Below, piece after piece: positions 39,801 to 50,207 of a stretch of DNA of 64,000 bases. The DNA is from Lepidodermella squamata (Eukaryota > Animalia > Gastrotricha): NCBI GenBank assembly GCA_047495785.1, contig JBLDXI010000024.1, forward strand, positions 3,038,001 through 3,102,000, in the 5' to 3' direction. The position numbers and the translations under genes are program-made. Numbering within the stretch: position 1 is the first letter of the stretch; every line of letters starts with the position of its first letter. Under the pieces are notes generated by a model, which saw only the letters and a list, made by a program, of their open reading frames with translations, made no database searches and had not been told where the DNA came from.

Positions 39801-42800
39801 ACCATCTCTAAAATATACAATGTTTTGCGCTGATTTAGCTATGGAGTGGTGCATCACTGGTCAACATGAACTCTCTGGATGAGTTCCGCAGGGTCATGTA
39901 CCAGCATACATATAAATCTGTGGAGGTTGCTGGGGATGGTCTGAGTACGCAAAGATGGCAACCGTTTCGAACCAAGGATAAATCGATATCCTCATGCTCG
40001 TCGTCATACAGTAGCGGATGGTGGCGGCATGGCGGGTGGTATGATAGCTACAAGTGTAGCGAAGCAGACTTGAACGGCATGTACGATGTCAACACCTGGG
40101 AAGGGGGTGTATTCTGGTCAAGATGGAAGGGCCGATATGAAAGTTTGAAATCAGCCACGATGATGATCCGCCGGGCTGGCCCGAAGCCAATCGATTGCTT
40201 GGATATGGCTGGGCAGGGAATGACTAAGGAGGGCCTTTACTACATCTACCCGTACAATATGAAGCCATTACGGGTCTATTGCGATATGACCACATTTTAC
40301 AACTCACCGAGTTATTCGGCCGGCATCGGCTGGATCGTAATTCAACGGAGGTCGAGGTTTGATATACCCTTCAATAGAACGTGGTCCGAGTACAAGAAAG
40401 GCTTCTCGTCGGCAAATAACGGCCTTAGCGGGGATTTTTGGCTTGGTCTCGATAATATCTACACCCTGACTGCTTCGACTGCTTATGCCCTGCTTGTTAC
40501 GTTGAGAAACCCAGTGGATAATGGCACTTACTACGCCTATTACGACGATTTTTCAATCTCAGGCGAAAGCGATGGCTATCAATTATTTGTTGATAACTTC
40601 GATCAAGCGACCAAGACCTCTCAAGCAGCAGGAAATGGACTTGAAACCTCTGTTAACCAGCCATTTTCTACCTATGATAATGGGGAACGTAAAGACTGTG
40701 TTTCAAGTGGTAAGCTCAGTCCATGGTGGTTGCCCAGTGACTGTTCTAAGTCGAAAAGCAACCTCAATGGCTATTACAAGGACTCTCGAGATCTAGCTAG
40801 GGTTGTTTGGAGCACCCTGGCCGATGTTTCCACCTCAATGTATTATACCCAAATCGCGATTCGCAGGAAAAGCCGAATCAAGGACTGTTCGTACGTCGCT
40901 ACTTCTTCCGGGGTGTATACTCTCACCCTCCCCGACGGTGGAACATTCCGATCATACTGCGACATGGACACAAGTTATTCATCTACGACGTATCCGAATC
41001 GAGGAAATGGTTGGACGGTGGTTCAGAAAAGATCTTTGAACAACGCGAACTTTTGGCGCGAATGGGATGACTACAAAAATGGGTTTACAGGAAATCTCAG
41101 CTACAGTGGGGACTACTGGCTGGGCCTTGAAACCTTTAGTCGACTGACCATGGCTGGATCTTACTCTCTATTGGTATCCTGTAAATACGTAGATGACAAG
41201 TTCTACTACGCTTATTACAACGATGTCAAGGTTTATGACGAAAGCCAAGGGTATCGAATTTTAGTGAGCGATTTTGACGAAAGTACAAGCAATAAAGCCG
41301 GCGATGCGTTCAATTTCATACATAACAACCAGAGCTTCAGCGCTACTGATAAAGGAAGCTTCACAAAGCCGTGTTTCAAAACTGGCGATAGACCTTATTT
41401 CGGGCCATGGTGGTACATTCCGTGGGATACTGACTATTGGCCAGATGGCGTTAATCCGCAGTGTTGGATGGCCGCTAACCTTAACTCGGCAAATTGGGGC
41501 AGCAGAGATTGGGGTTTCGGTTTGAATTGGGCGCCCCTGACGTCTTTCAATATTTCATGCAAAGCCACTCAAATGGCTATCAAACAAAGATCAAGTGAGC
41601 AGCTGAACCGGCCTAGAGCAGCTACAGCGAACATGTGTGGGCGAACCACAATGTTGAAACATACTTGCAAACATGCAAATCAACCGGTAGCTGGGGATTC
41701 TACCAGGGTTATGCTTACGGATAAAAGCGGGGTCTACGCTGCCAGTGATCTTGTCTGCAAATGTAATTTTACTCTCATAAGCCACCTTAATACAAGAATA
41801 CAGAATTCATTTTTTACCAGCCTACGCCGAACCCCAGGATTGTTCGTGGAAACAAACAAAAGCCTCGGCTAGCAGTAAGTTCACCTCCCAAACGTACGGC
41901 GACCTCACCGGCGATAACGGTGATGGAGTTGCTGCGAAGTTCACTGCTTTCTGCGATATGGAAACATTCGGAGGCGGCTGGACAGTTATCCAACGTAGAA
42001 TCGACGATTCGGTGACGTTCATGCTAGATCTGTCAAGTTTCGAAACTCCATTTGGCGATCCGACGAAGAACTTTTGGTTGGGCAATAAGGTGATTAAAGG
42101 CCTGACTTCGGCAGCTGAATATGAGCTGCTCGTCGAAATACGGGTCGGGGACAACTACGCCTTCGCTCTATACAAACTGTTCTATCTAACAAGCGACGCA
42201 TTTGTTTTGAACGTGCAAAATTATCAGCAGTGTTCCACCGCCGGGGATTCACTGACTTCTCTCAATGGCTATTCGTTCACCTTCGATATCTGTGGGGGTT
42301 GGTGGTTCCCTCAACCTTCCCCCTGCGTATCAGCTACCCAGTCGGCACCGACCTCTAATCTGAATGCTCAGTTCGGGACTCAAAGCCCAATAAGCGCGGG
42401 GATACACTGGTTTACCTACAACAACAATTTCATCCCCACTTTGAGTTGGACCTCGATGAAAATTCGTCGCTATCCAATGACTCACGGCATGTATGTCGAA
42501 GCTCCCAATTTCAACTGCGATAAGGGCAAAAGTGCGACTCTTCCTAACATGAAAACCGCCGATGATTGTCAAAATGCTTGTACAAATTATACGGATTTCA
42601 CATGCATTACAGCGGTTTTCGCGCAAGACGGATGTACTGTCAGATCCAAAACCTGTCAGCCAGGCTCAGGCTCAGGCTCAGGAAAGTCGGGTACTAGCAC
42701 ATTTTTCCGAATGGATGACTGCGATATGTTCCCTGGTGTTTGCGGACCCCCTCCGACTATGACTGGGACTACGCAAGAAGTAATCTCGGCTGTTTTCGGG

Positions 42801-43809
42801 TCGAAACTCGCAATAAACTACACTTGCCTGTTGGGTTTCACCAACTCTCTGTGGAACAACGATACAACTACCCTTACCTGCGATACCTCGACGAAGAGAT
42901 GGAAGGGAGATTGGATGGATTGTAGGACATTATGCGGCGCTTTCCCCGACCTATCGGCATTCAACGCTGTTCGAAAGCCAGATATCGACATTGACGGGGG
43001 CACAATGACACTATACTATGAGTGCGATAATGACTTTACACTAGTTTCAACCGGAGCTCCTATTCGAAAATGCGCAAAACCATATGGCAATTGGACTGGG
43101 GAAGAAATCGTTTGCAAATCAACTCGATGTTCTTTACCTCCTGTAGTCCCAAATTCCTGGAATAACTATACAGTTCCCACTCCTGTCCCGTATGCAGACC
43201 AGAATCGGTGGAAGACGACTTGGCTGTACAATTGCAATCGAGGCTACGTTTTCCCAGATTTCACGAAGGCAAAAACGATTTATTGCGGCGATAATCAAGA
43301 ATGGGAGCCGAAAACGCCCGGCTATTGCATTTCATTCAACTGCGCCGATCCACCGCATTTTGCCAATGTTAAAGTTTCGGGTCTAGTGCCGATGGAAGCT
43401 AATGCGCTGTATGAATTCGGGACAACATTCACGTATGAATGTTATGAAGTCGATACCCTTGATCCGATGAACTGGGATGGGCGGGTCGATGTTTCTTGCA
43501 TTGGTATTATCTTAGACGTGTCAATGAATAGCTAATGTAAATAATTTGTTTTAAGCAAACAATACTTGGGGAGTTTTGAACTACACCGGATGGTCACAAC
43601 CTTGGCTTCCGTCAAAATGCATTCGTAAGTTGAACTTTTGAAGAGTCGCGGTAAGTTTGAAACTTGTTATGAGGGTCGAGAAGTTGCACCACTGGTTCGT
43701 AGTTGCGGTTGCCTTTTTATATGTTTCTGCTGCTTTCTTTTTGTTTTGGGGAGCTGAAAAGCAACTGACCTCCACGCGGTGCTCCCTGGAATCACCTGTT
43801 TTGGGGTGA
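30859..43809 (+). CDS. Giant mosaic lectin, copy 2: SP-(EGF)x~11-(CTL)x4+partial-(FReD)partial+3-PAN-(CCP)x4, with in-frame internal deletion; last exon uncertain
   Basis: Signal peptide MKVNLKTVQLVCACLALLL; exon-for-exon homology with copy 1 and GT-AG introns traced in frame; ORFs 35317-36639, 37032-37994, 39866-41872 and 41958-43535 align to copy 1. Confidence 0.85.
31723..32468. mobile_element. Intronic pogo/Tigger-like MITE
   Basis: TA|CAGTAAAACCTGTCATCT ... AGATAACAGGTTTTACTG|TA. Confidence 0.8.
31805..31969. mobile_element. 165-bp hAT-like MITE nested in the pogo-like MITE
   Basis: 8-bp TSD GGAGACAG at 31797-31804 and 31970-31977; termini TAGTGTGCGAAGT / ACTTCGCACCATG. Confidence 0.75.
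37914..38083. mobile_element. 170-bp Tc1/pogo-like MITE just inside an intron of copy 2
   Basis: TA|CAGTCAGTTCTCGCCATAGTACACT ... AGTGTACTATGGCGAGGAGTGACTG|TA. Confidence 0.8.
38514..39397. mobile_element. MITE with CATAGAG termini and 8-bp TSD (P-element-like; middle shell)
   Basis: TSD GGGCCAGC at 38506-38513 and 39398-39405; long inverted arms including 39061-39154 vs 39234-39327. Confidence 0.8.
38535..39005. mobile_element. PIF/Harbinger-like MITE (inner shell)
   Basis: ~160-bp TIRs beginning GGGTGTGTTTTT; 3-bp TSD CAG at 38532-38534 and 39006-39008. Confidence 0.8.
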
Positions 43810-44182
43810 TACTAACAAGTTGCTATCCATAAATTTACCTTCTTATCAAAATGTGCATCAATTTCAGAACATTTCTCAAATAAAATAATTTCTTATGGCT
43901 TTTGATGGAAAATGTAATAAAACTTTGTTAAATTTGCTGAATATAACCCATTTTTAAGACCTTTTTGAAGCGTCGTGTGTAAAGACACTAAACCTCCAGC
44001 TATGACCCTCGCCATCTGCTGAGCTACGACTGAAGCTCAAACTCCAGCTAAAATTCGAATTATTGACCAAGATGATCTTCGACACCTATTATTCGAGCTG
44101 ACAGTATACGGAGGACGTAACGCATGTTGAACGCCAGAGCTGTAAAACGATACGTGAGGAGTGGGGATCGGAGTCGTGTCGT

Positions 44183-44372
44183 TAGCGACGTTGAATAACT
44201 CGGATTTAGGTTTGTTTACATTCGTTTTATAGTGAGAGGTGAGAGGTGATAAGTAAAAAGTCTATTGTTTTGCCTCTTCATTCACGTTAAAAACGCCGCT
44301 TCTTATCACCAATCACCAATCACCTTGAAACGGATGTAAACAAGCCTAAATCCGAGTTTTTCAACGTCGCTA
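44183..44372. mobile_element. Small palindromic MITE-like element
   Basis: TAGCGACGTTGAATAACTCGGATTTAGGTTTGTTTACAT vs ATGTAAACAAGCCTAAATCCGAGTTTTTCAACGTCGCTA; a related end lies at ~63241-63263. Confidence 0.6.
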
Positions 44373-44521
44373 TCGATGTAATCAACGTCCTGATTGAGAA
44401 GAAGCATAAACTATCCATATGAAGTAGCATCCCCGTAGCCATAGACTGCGGTGTGTAAATTAGCTCTCCGCAACTTTTTATTAGAAAAAAACATATGAAA
44501 TCTGTCCAGTGGTCGTCCAGT

Positions 44522-46741
44522 TCACTTCCAACCGGGCATCCTCTGAATGAAAGGGAAAATCATGATTAAGTGAACTGATGTCGAAACTACTAGAGAAGCT
44601 ACAACCACTGTAATTTTTCTTGCCGCATAAGAAGCCTGTAAGACAACCAGGATAATCAATGTTGCTACTATTATCGTCGTCAGATTCAAATAGGCAATGA
44701 CAATAGCACGATCGGGGAGAGCCAATTTGTTGTACCTTAGTCCGAGAATAACTGAACAGCCAATTAATAGCAGGAGGAAATTAGCCACTATTAAGACTGA
44801 GTAATAAATATATTGTGTCTTCGAATAACATCTGGACTCAACAAATTGCGTTATAATATCTTTTTCAGCGTCGTAGAATGTCATTTTATCGTCGAGAAAA
44901 GTTCGAGCCATAGCACGATCAAGGATTAGGAGCACCACGAATACTAACAGCGCCATAAGCAATAAGACGAAACATGCCGACATAGCTGCTCGAATACTTT
45001 TAGTCTCCAACCTAGAAACCGCAAACCGAAGTTTTTTCTTCGATCGGGGCCTAACCAAAGTCCGTATTTGCTTATAAAGGATGAATAACAGAGCCACTAA
45101 ATATGCGGTGAATGTAGAAACGCCAAGGCTCAGAAACATTGGACCCACCGTGCAAACCCAATCCCCATGATCTGATGGGTTTAATGAGAACGAAATAGAG
45201 GATACATCTAAGAAAACACTTCCAATCATTGTTGGAAGATGCCTTGACGCATCGGCCTTTGACCAAAATTTCAGCCAGATAATCGAGATGATGCTTAAGA
45301 CAGCAGATAATATTGCCAATGAAGAAAATATAATATAAGCGCATAACGTTACATCATTCACCGTGACGACTAAACCTGCGGAGTCTTTCGGTAACTTTTT
45401 AAACTTCCCACCCCAGTTGACTTCAGTAATCTCTCTCAGCTCATAAGAAGCATTATCCATTTTTCGAATGCTTCTGTAGTGAACTTTGTAGCCCTCCTTA
45501 GCACTCCAAGACTGAATTGACATGACGTCACCATCGTATTCCATCTTTGATGTAAACTTGACCCGGCCCGTCCTTAACCCATTGAAATCCGACGCGGCAA
45601 CGCTTTGATTAGTGACTCTCATAATTAACTCTGGACGTTCCTTGAAATCCCGCAAAGTCACGTTCAGGCTTGCTAGTTGTTTCTCAGTTCGATCCAATGC
45701 TAGGACAGTCATAAGGATCATGTCGTGGCATAAAAACCTGTCAGCTAAGTCCATCGTCACACCCGACCTCTCTGCGTGGTAAGAAATTAATTCTGTTTCG
45801 AACTCTTGCAGGCTGTATCCGAGCAGCGTAACTCTCCCGTAATTATCAATTGGCGTTTGACTTGATCCGTAGTAAAACACGTGTTCCAATTGCGAGATGA
45901 TTATGTCTCTAGTGCAATTAGGGCTAATAATTTCCGGAAACCCTAAAGGATTAAACGCCATCAGGGAAGAGAGAAGGAAAACATATCGATTGCCGCTAAT
46001 GCCAATGTTGTATGTGTTACATAAAAGGCTTAGTAAAACATAAGCCTCTAAGGTTTGAATCACGAAAATCCTAGCGTCGCTCTGCTTCATAGATTGAACA
46101 TCAGCCTCATCTATACCGGCGCGAACATCAAACCAGGCGAGGGTAACGCCGAATTTATCCATTTCACTAATGAAATGAGTTGCGAGTCGAATATTTGTCG
46201 GATTTTCAGCATTGGCGTACATCGCCACTCTCGCCCATTTGTTTTTCTTGATGAATGTTAGGCAAATATTGTTGCCGATATCAGACGAGCTTCTCATTCG
46301 GTACAAATTTGGAAAAACCTTCCGATTGTTAGTAAAGAGTGCGTTTGAACAAGAGTACGCTATTGCAACACTGTTAAGGTGTTGAACCATAGCGCCGTAG
46401 GATTTGCAACCAGGCGTGTAAGATCCTCCAAGTATGATTGGGGACTGGTACGTTCCATTGGCTTCATTCATTTCGCGAGAAAAAGCAACTGCGATCTTTG
46501 CATCATAAACTCCATTAATTCCTTCGTCAATCTCCCGAGTCACCAGGTTGTAGTCGGGCAGGATGTCACTACGCTGGTTGATTTTATCCAGGACGAACTG
46601 TATAGCGATGCTGCAAGTCAGTTGATGTACTGGTACAGGGGTCCATAGTGCAAGGCGAAGGATTGTGAGATTATATGGTTTCATTGCACTGACGTTTGAA
46701 AGGAGGACTTTGAGAATAATTGCACAGCTTGTGAATTTCAT
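44522..46741 (-). CDS. Intronless class C GPCR-like receptor (ANF-receptor/Venus-flytrap domain + 7TM, GABA-B-like), 739 aa
   Basis: Signal peptide; motifs AIQFVLDKINQRSDILPDYNL, FPNLYRM, KNKWARVA, SDARIFVI; no cysteine-rich linker; about seven hydrophobic segments in the C-terminal third. Confidence 0.85.
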   Translation of the reverse strand: MKFTSCAIILKVLLSNVSAMKPYNLTILRLALWTPVPVHQLTCSIAIQFVLDKINQRSDILPDYNLVTREIDEGINGVYDAKIAVAFSREMNEANGTYQSPIILGGSYTPGCKSYGAMVQHLNSVAIAYSCSNALFTNNRKVFPNLYRMRSSSDIGNNICLTFIKKNKWARVAMYANAENPTNIRLATHFISEMDKFGVTLAWFDVRAGIDEADVQSMKQSDARIFVIQTLEAYVLLSLLCNTYNIGISGNRYVFLLSSLMAFNPLGFPEIISPNCTRDIIISQLEHVFYYGSSQTPIDNYGRVTLLGYSLQEFETELISYHAERSGVTMDLADRFLCHDMILMTVLALDRTEKQLASLNVTLRDFKERPELIMRVTNQSVAASDFNGLRTGRVKFTSKMEYDGDVMSIQSWSAKEGYKVHYRSIRKMDNASYELREITEVNWGGKFKKLPKDSAGLVVTVNDVTLCAYIIFSSLAILSAVLSIISIIWLKFWSKADASRHLPTMIGSVFLDVSSISFSLNPSDHGDWVCTVGPMFLSLGVSTFTAYLVALLFILYKQIRTLVRPRSKKKLRFAVSRLETKSIRAAMSACFVLLLMALLVFVVLLILDRAMARTFLDDKMTFYDAEKDIITQFVESRCYSKTQYIYYSVLIVANFLLLLIGCSVILGLRYNKLALPDRAIVIAYLNLTTIIVATLIILVVLQASYAARKITVVVASLVVSTSVHLIMIFPFIQRMPGWK

Positions 46742-47240
46742 TTTGCAAAAATTCAGATATTCAACTACAAGTAACGTTTTAAGTGCCCAACGGCGGCGTG
46801 ACTGAATTCCTAACTAATAAATTGGCCAGATCCTACTTCTGACGTCAATTTGCGTGACAGTAATTTCGACAAATGCCGTCATTATCTACTCAATTAGATG
46901 TTGTGGCTTGAAATGCGATATTCCGAGGAAGAACCAAAGGCGAACTTATGCCACATATTATTCAAAGACCAAATTCACTAATTGTGGATTTAAGCCGAGG
47001 TGCCTTAGGATCGTTTTTGTTGACATTGAATCATTTGCAGACCGTGGAGTTATTAATCATGTAAGCTGGCAGCAAAAAGTCTCCACGCGAAAAAATAGCA
47101 ATCGATTCCTTCATTTTTCTTGTCAATCACAGATCCACGATTTTTTCATCTGTTCAATAATCAAATTAGATCTTTCCGACAAATTCTGAATTTAACTTGG
47201 CCTGAATTGCAGCTTGGACGAAATGTAATCAGTTCTTGTT

Positions 47241-47273
47241 TCGAGTATTTGTTCAGCATTATTGATAAGATAA
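47241..47273 (+). promoter_or_regulatory. Forkhead-like element plus tandem GATA sites upstream of propeller gene 1
   Basis: TCGAGTATTTGTTCA (47241-47255) followed by TTGATAAGATAA (47262-47273). Confidence 0.55.
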
Positions 47274-47373
47274 TGCAAGCAACTGCCTAAAAAGCTAATC
47301 AAACAGATGCGAGGAACCACTTCACTGGACACAAATTTTGTTAACAGATTATTTCAGCGCAATTGATCTCGCA

Positions 47374-48702
47374 ATGAAAATCCTGTTCTTTTCAGTCTCT
47401 GCTGTTTTCGCTTCAGTTAGCGCTGATAATTCTTGGACTAATGTTGGGGGCGATTCGGCTCACTCTGGTTTCAAAGCCGAGACTCTAGGATCTCCTGCCA
47501 GCGCAGAATTCGGTAAACGATGGTCGAGCAACCTACCCGAGAGAAAGTTCGTCAAACAACCCCTAGTTCACGGGGGTAAAATCTACCTTCAGAGCCAGTC
47601 TGCCACTATCTACGTCTTGGATGAAACCAATGGCAAGTTGCTACAGACTATCGAACTACTGAAAACTGGCAACCCAACCCCATTCCAGCCTGTTATAGGC
47701 CAAAGCAGTGATGGCAAGAACTATTTGATCTCTTGCGCCTACTCAGAACCGGGAATTTCGAACAGCGATTGCTTTGTTTATGACATTGAGGCTCAGAAAA
47801 TCGTCAATCGTCGAACTTTCGTATCTTCCAACACTTGGATGTTCAAAGATAAATTCGCCATTTCGTTCAGTTCGAAACAAGGCCTGATCTATCTACCAAG
47901 CTATCTAGATTCAAAAACAGTAATGGCTCTCAGCGTTCCTGAGCTGGATGTCAAATTCACATCTGTAATGAACGGTTCTGTTCTATCTAGCGGGTTTTAT
48001 AAAGATCGACTTTTTGTTTCTTTACCCGGTTTCCTCGTTGAGTTGAACCCTGAAACCGGCGCTGAGATCGACTCCATTTCTTTCGGCTTTGATGGGTTCT
48101 TCTATTGGACTCCAGCTATTGCTAACGATCTAGTCCTGGCATCGGCAATTGATGGAAATCAAAGCCCTTACATACTTGCGTTCGACATTTCCAAGGCCCC
48201 AGGCTCTCTGAAGTGGTCGACTCAGACGGAGTTGAGCTCTGCTAATGGTCCGATCTTCCTGGCAACCGACGGAGATTTCACCTACTTCTCCTACCCTAAC
48301 GATAGGCCTGCATATCGAGTTTTCGACAATAAAGATGGAACGTTGGTCAAGTCTGTGAATTGCAAGTCCAACAGGCCCAGCATTAACATTTCACCTTATC
48401 TTATTGTGACGAATGACTACGTCTTCACTCAGGTCTGCAACGGCATCGAGGCATTTGATAAAGCGAAAGGCGAAACTGTCCTTAACAGTGGAATCGCAGT
48501 TCAAGCTGTTACATACAATGACGGAACCATTTTTGGTGTTAGTGATGAGGCTTCAGTGGTTATTACAGCCTTCAGGGTCGATGGAACTCCGGCTCCGACT
48601 CCTATACCAACTACAACCGAGACGAACGCGGCTTTCCTTTCAAATCAAAGCTTCTTAATTATTGTAGCTGCCTGTATTCTTTCCTTCTTTCACAGTAAAT
48701 GA
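47374..48702 (+). CDS. Intronless secreted PQQ/BamB-like beta-propeller protein 1 with probable GPI signal, 442 aa
   Basis: Signal peptide MKILFFSVSAVFASVSA; WTNVGGDSAHSG; propeller blade motifs (PLVHGGKIY, YVLDETNGKLL, ELNPETGAEI, AFDKAKGETV); Pro/Thr stalk and hydrophobic C-terminus; AATAAA at 48717. Confidence 0.75.
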   Translation: MKILFFSVSAVFASVSADNSWTNVGGDSAHSGFKAETLGSPASAEFGKRWSSNLPERKFVKQPLVHGGKIYLQSQSATIYVLDETNGKLLQTIELLKTGNPTPFQPVIGQSSDGKNYLISCAYSEPGISNSDCFVYDIEAQKIVNRRTFVSSNTWMFKDKFAISFSSKQGLIYLPSYLDSKTVMALSVPELDVKFTSVMNGSVLSSGFYKDRLFVSLPGFLVELNPETGAEIDSISFGFDGFFYWTPAIANDLVLASAIDGNQSPYILAFDISKAPGSLKWSTQTELSSANGPIFLATDGDFTYFSYPNDRPAYRVFDNKDGTLVKSVNCKSNRPSINISPYLIVTNDYVFTQVCNGIEAFDKAKGETVLNSGIAVQAVTYNDGTIFGVSDEASVVITAFRVDGTPAPTPIPTTTETNAAFLSNQSFLIIVAACILSFFHSK

Positions 48703-48778
48703 TCATGAAATTACAGAATAAATGAGTTCAGCGTTCAATTTCAAGCCATCATGAAACCAGTGTAATTTTCGTGGTTTT

Positions 48779-48790
48779 TTGATAAGATAA
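48779..48790 (+). promoter_or_regulatory. Tandem GATA element upstream of propeller gene 2
   Basis: TTGATAAGATAA identical to 47262-47273, with additional TGATAAC at ~48802 and ~48846. Confidence 0.5.
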
Positions 48791-48875
48791 CTAGACTCAA
48801 GTGATAACATTTTCAGCTAACTTAATGGTTTAACTTCTGGTTTAATGATAACATCCTTTTCTAACCAAAACTTCA

Positions 48876-50207
48876 ATGAACCTAAAGTATCTTACTCTAT
48901 TGGCTTTTCTAATCGAGTTTACTTCCGCTGAAGATTGGTGGTCGAATGCTGGTGGAGATTCGTCTCATTCCGGCTTTAAAGCCGATACATTAGGCCTTCC
49001 TAACTCGGCAGATTTTCAACAACTATGGATTTCTGCCGGACTACCCGAGCGGCGCTACATAAAGCAACCGCTAGTTTACGATGGCAGAATATATATTCAA
49101 GGTCTATCAAGCGCCATCTACGTTTTCAACCAGACTGACGGGAATTTCATCACAAAGATTCAGCTAGTCACAGTACCCTTGCCTGATGTCATGATGCAGC
49201 CTCTGATAGCTCAGAGTAATGATGGCAAAAGCTACCTGATAGCCTGTGTTTATTACAGTTTCGATGATAAAACAAAGAGTGATTGTTATGTTTACGACAC
49301 GCAAGCAGGGGCAATCGTTAATCAACAATCGTTCCCATCCGAGAGCGATACGTGGTTGTTGAAGGATAACTTCCTGCTCTCATTCAACTCGAAACAGGGT
49401 TTACTCTACCTACCTAGCTCATCTGATGCGAAATCTTTGATGGCTGTTAGCATACCTGAACTTCAAGTCAAATTTACCTCCCAATTATCGGCAACAGTTC
49501 AATCAACTGCATTTTACAATGACAAGTTGTATGTTACCTCGGCTAATCAGCTGATGGAATTGGACCCTATAACCGGTGAAGTATTATTGGCCTTGCTCAC
49601 GTTCGGATTTGATGCTTCGTTTTGGTCACCTGTTATCGCGAATAATAGCGTAATTGCTGTGACAATTGAAAACAATCAGATTATCTATATTACGAGCTTC
49701 GATATATCAAGGGAAAGGGTATCCTTGAAATGGACGACAAAGCTTACCAACTTGACTGGCGCTTCAGCACCGATGTTTGTGTCAACCGATGGGGATTTTA
49801 CGTATTTGACATTTCCGAACGACAAGGCTGCTTTTCATATAATCAACAATACCGATGGAATTTATGTGAGAGCTGTCAATTGCCAGTCTAAATCTACTAT
49901 TTCCATTTCATCTTACCTATTTGTCACAAATGACTACATTTTCACGCAAACGTGCAAAGCCATCGAAGCTGTTGATAAAATAACAGGGGAAACAGTGTTG
50001 AGGGCCAACAAAGCGGTGCAAGCTGCAACTTATCACAGTGGAACAATCTATGGTTTAACTGATGAATCTCCCCCTAAAATTATTGCTTATCATGTTGATG
50101 GGAGACCTCGGCCTACGACTACGCCGAATAATCCTGCTCACGTGGCGAGGCCTGGCTACGTTTATTTGAACGTGCTATTGATTTCCTTATTATTATTGAG
50201 GTATTAA
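48876..50207 (+). CDS. Intronless secreted PQQ/BamB-like beta-propeller protein 2 (tandem paralog), 443 aa
   Basis: Colinear with gene 1 (WWSNAGGDSSHSGFKA, KQGLLYLPS, TDGDFTY, VTNDYIFTQ); signal peptide and hydrophobic tail; AATAAA at ~50220. Confidence 0.75.
   Translation: MNLKYLTLLAFLIEFTSAEDWWSNAGGDSSHSGFKADTLGLPNSADFQQLWISAGLPERRYIKQPLVYDGRIYIQGLSSAIYVFNQTDGNFITKIQLVTVPLPDVMMQPLIAQSNDGKSYLIACVYYSFDDKTKSDCYVYDTQAGAIVNQQSFPSESDTWLLKDNFLLSFNSKQGLLYLPSSSDAKSLMAVSIPELQVKFTSQLSATVQSTAFYNDKLYVTSANQLMELDPITGEVLLALLTFGFDASFWSPVIANNSVIAVTIENNQIIYITSFDISRERVSLKWTTKLTNLTGASAPMFVSTDGDFTYLTFPNDKAAFHIINNTDGIYVRAVNCQSKSTISISSYLFVTNDYIFTQTCKAIEAVDKITGETVLRANKAVQAATYHSGTIYGLTDESPPKIIAYHVDGRPRPTTTPNNPAHVARPGYVYLNVLLISLLLLRY

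Noticed and set aside
30859-43809. Copy 2 as an uncollapsed haplotype of copy 1
   Set aside because: Introns and CTL2-5 are far too diverged, and copy 2 has distinct insertions and deletions; it is a paralog.
2065-43809. Stop-codon readthrough or alternative genetic code to explain the fragmented ORF track
   Set aside because: Every break I traced in the lectin genes is explained by a short canonical GT-AG intron.
48703-48875. Nematode-style operon linking the two propeller genes (AATAAA then TTTTCAG ~90 nt later)
   Set aside because: Two out-of-frame ATGs lie between that acceptor and the start, and the gap carries its own GATA element matching gene 1's promoter.
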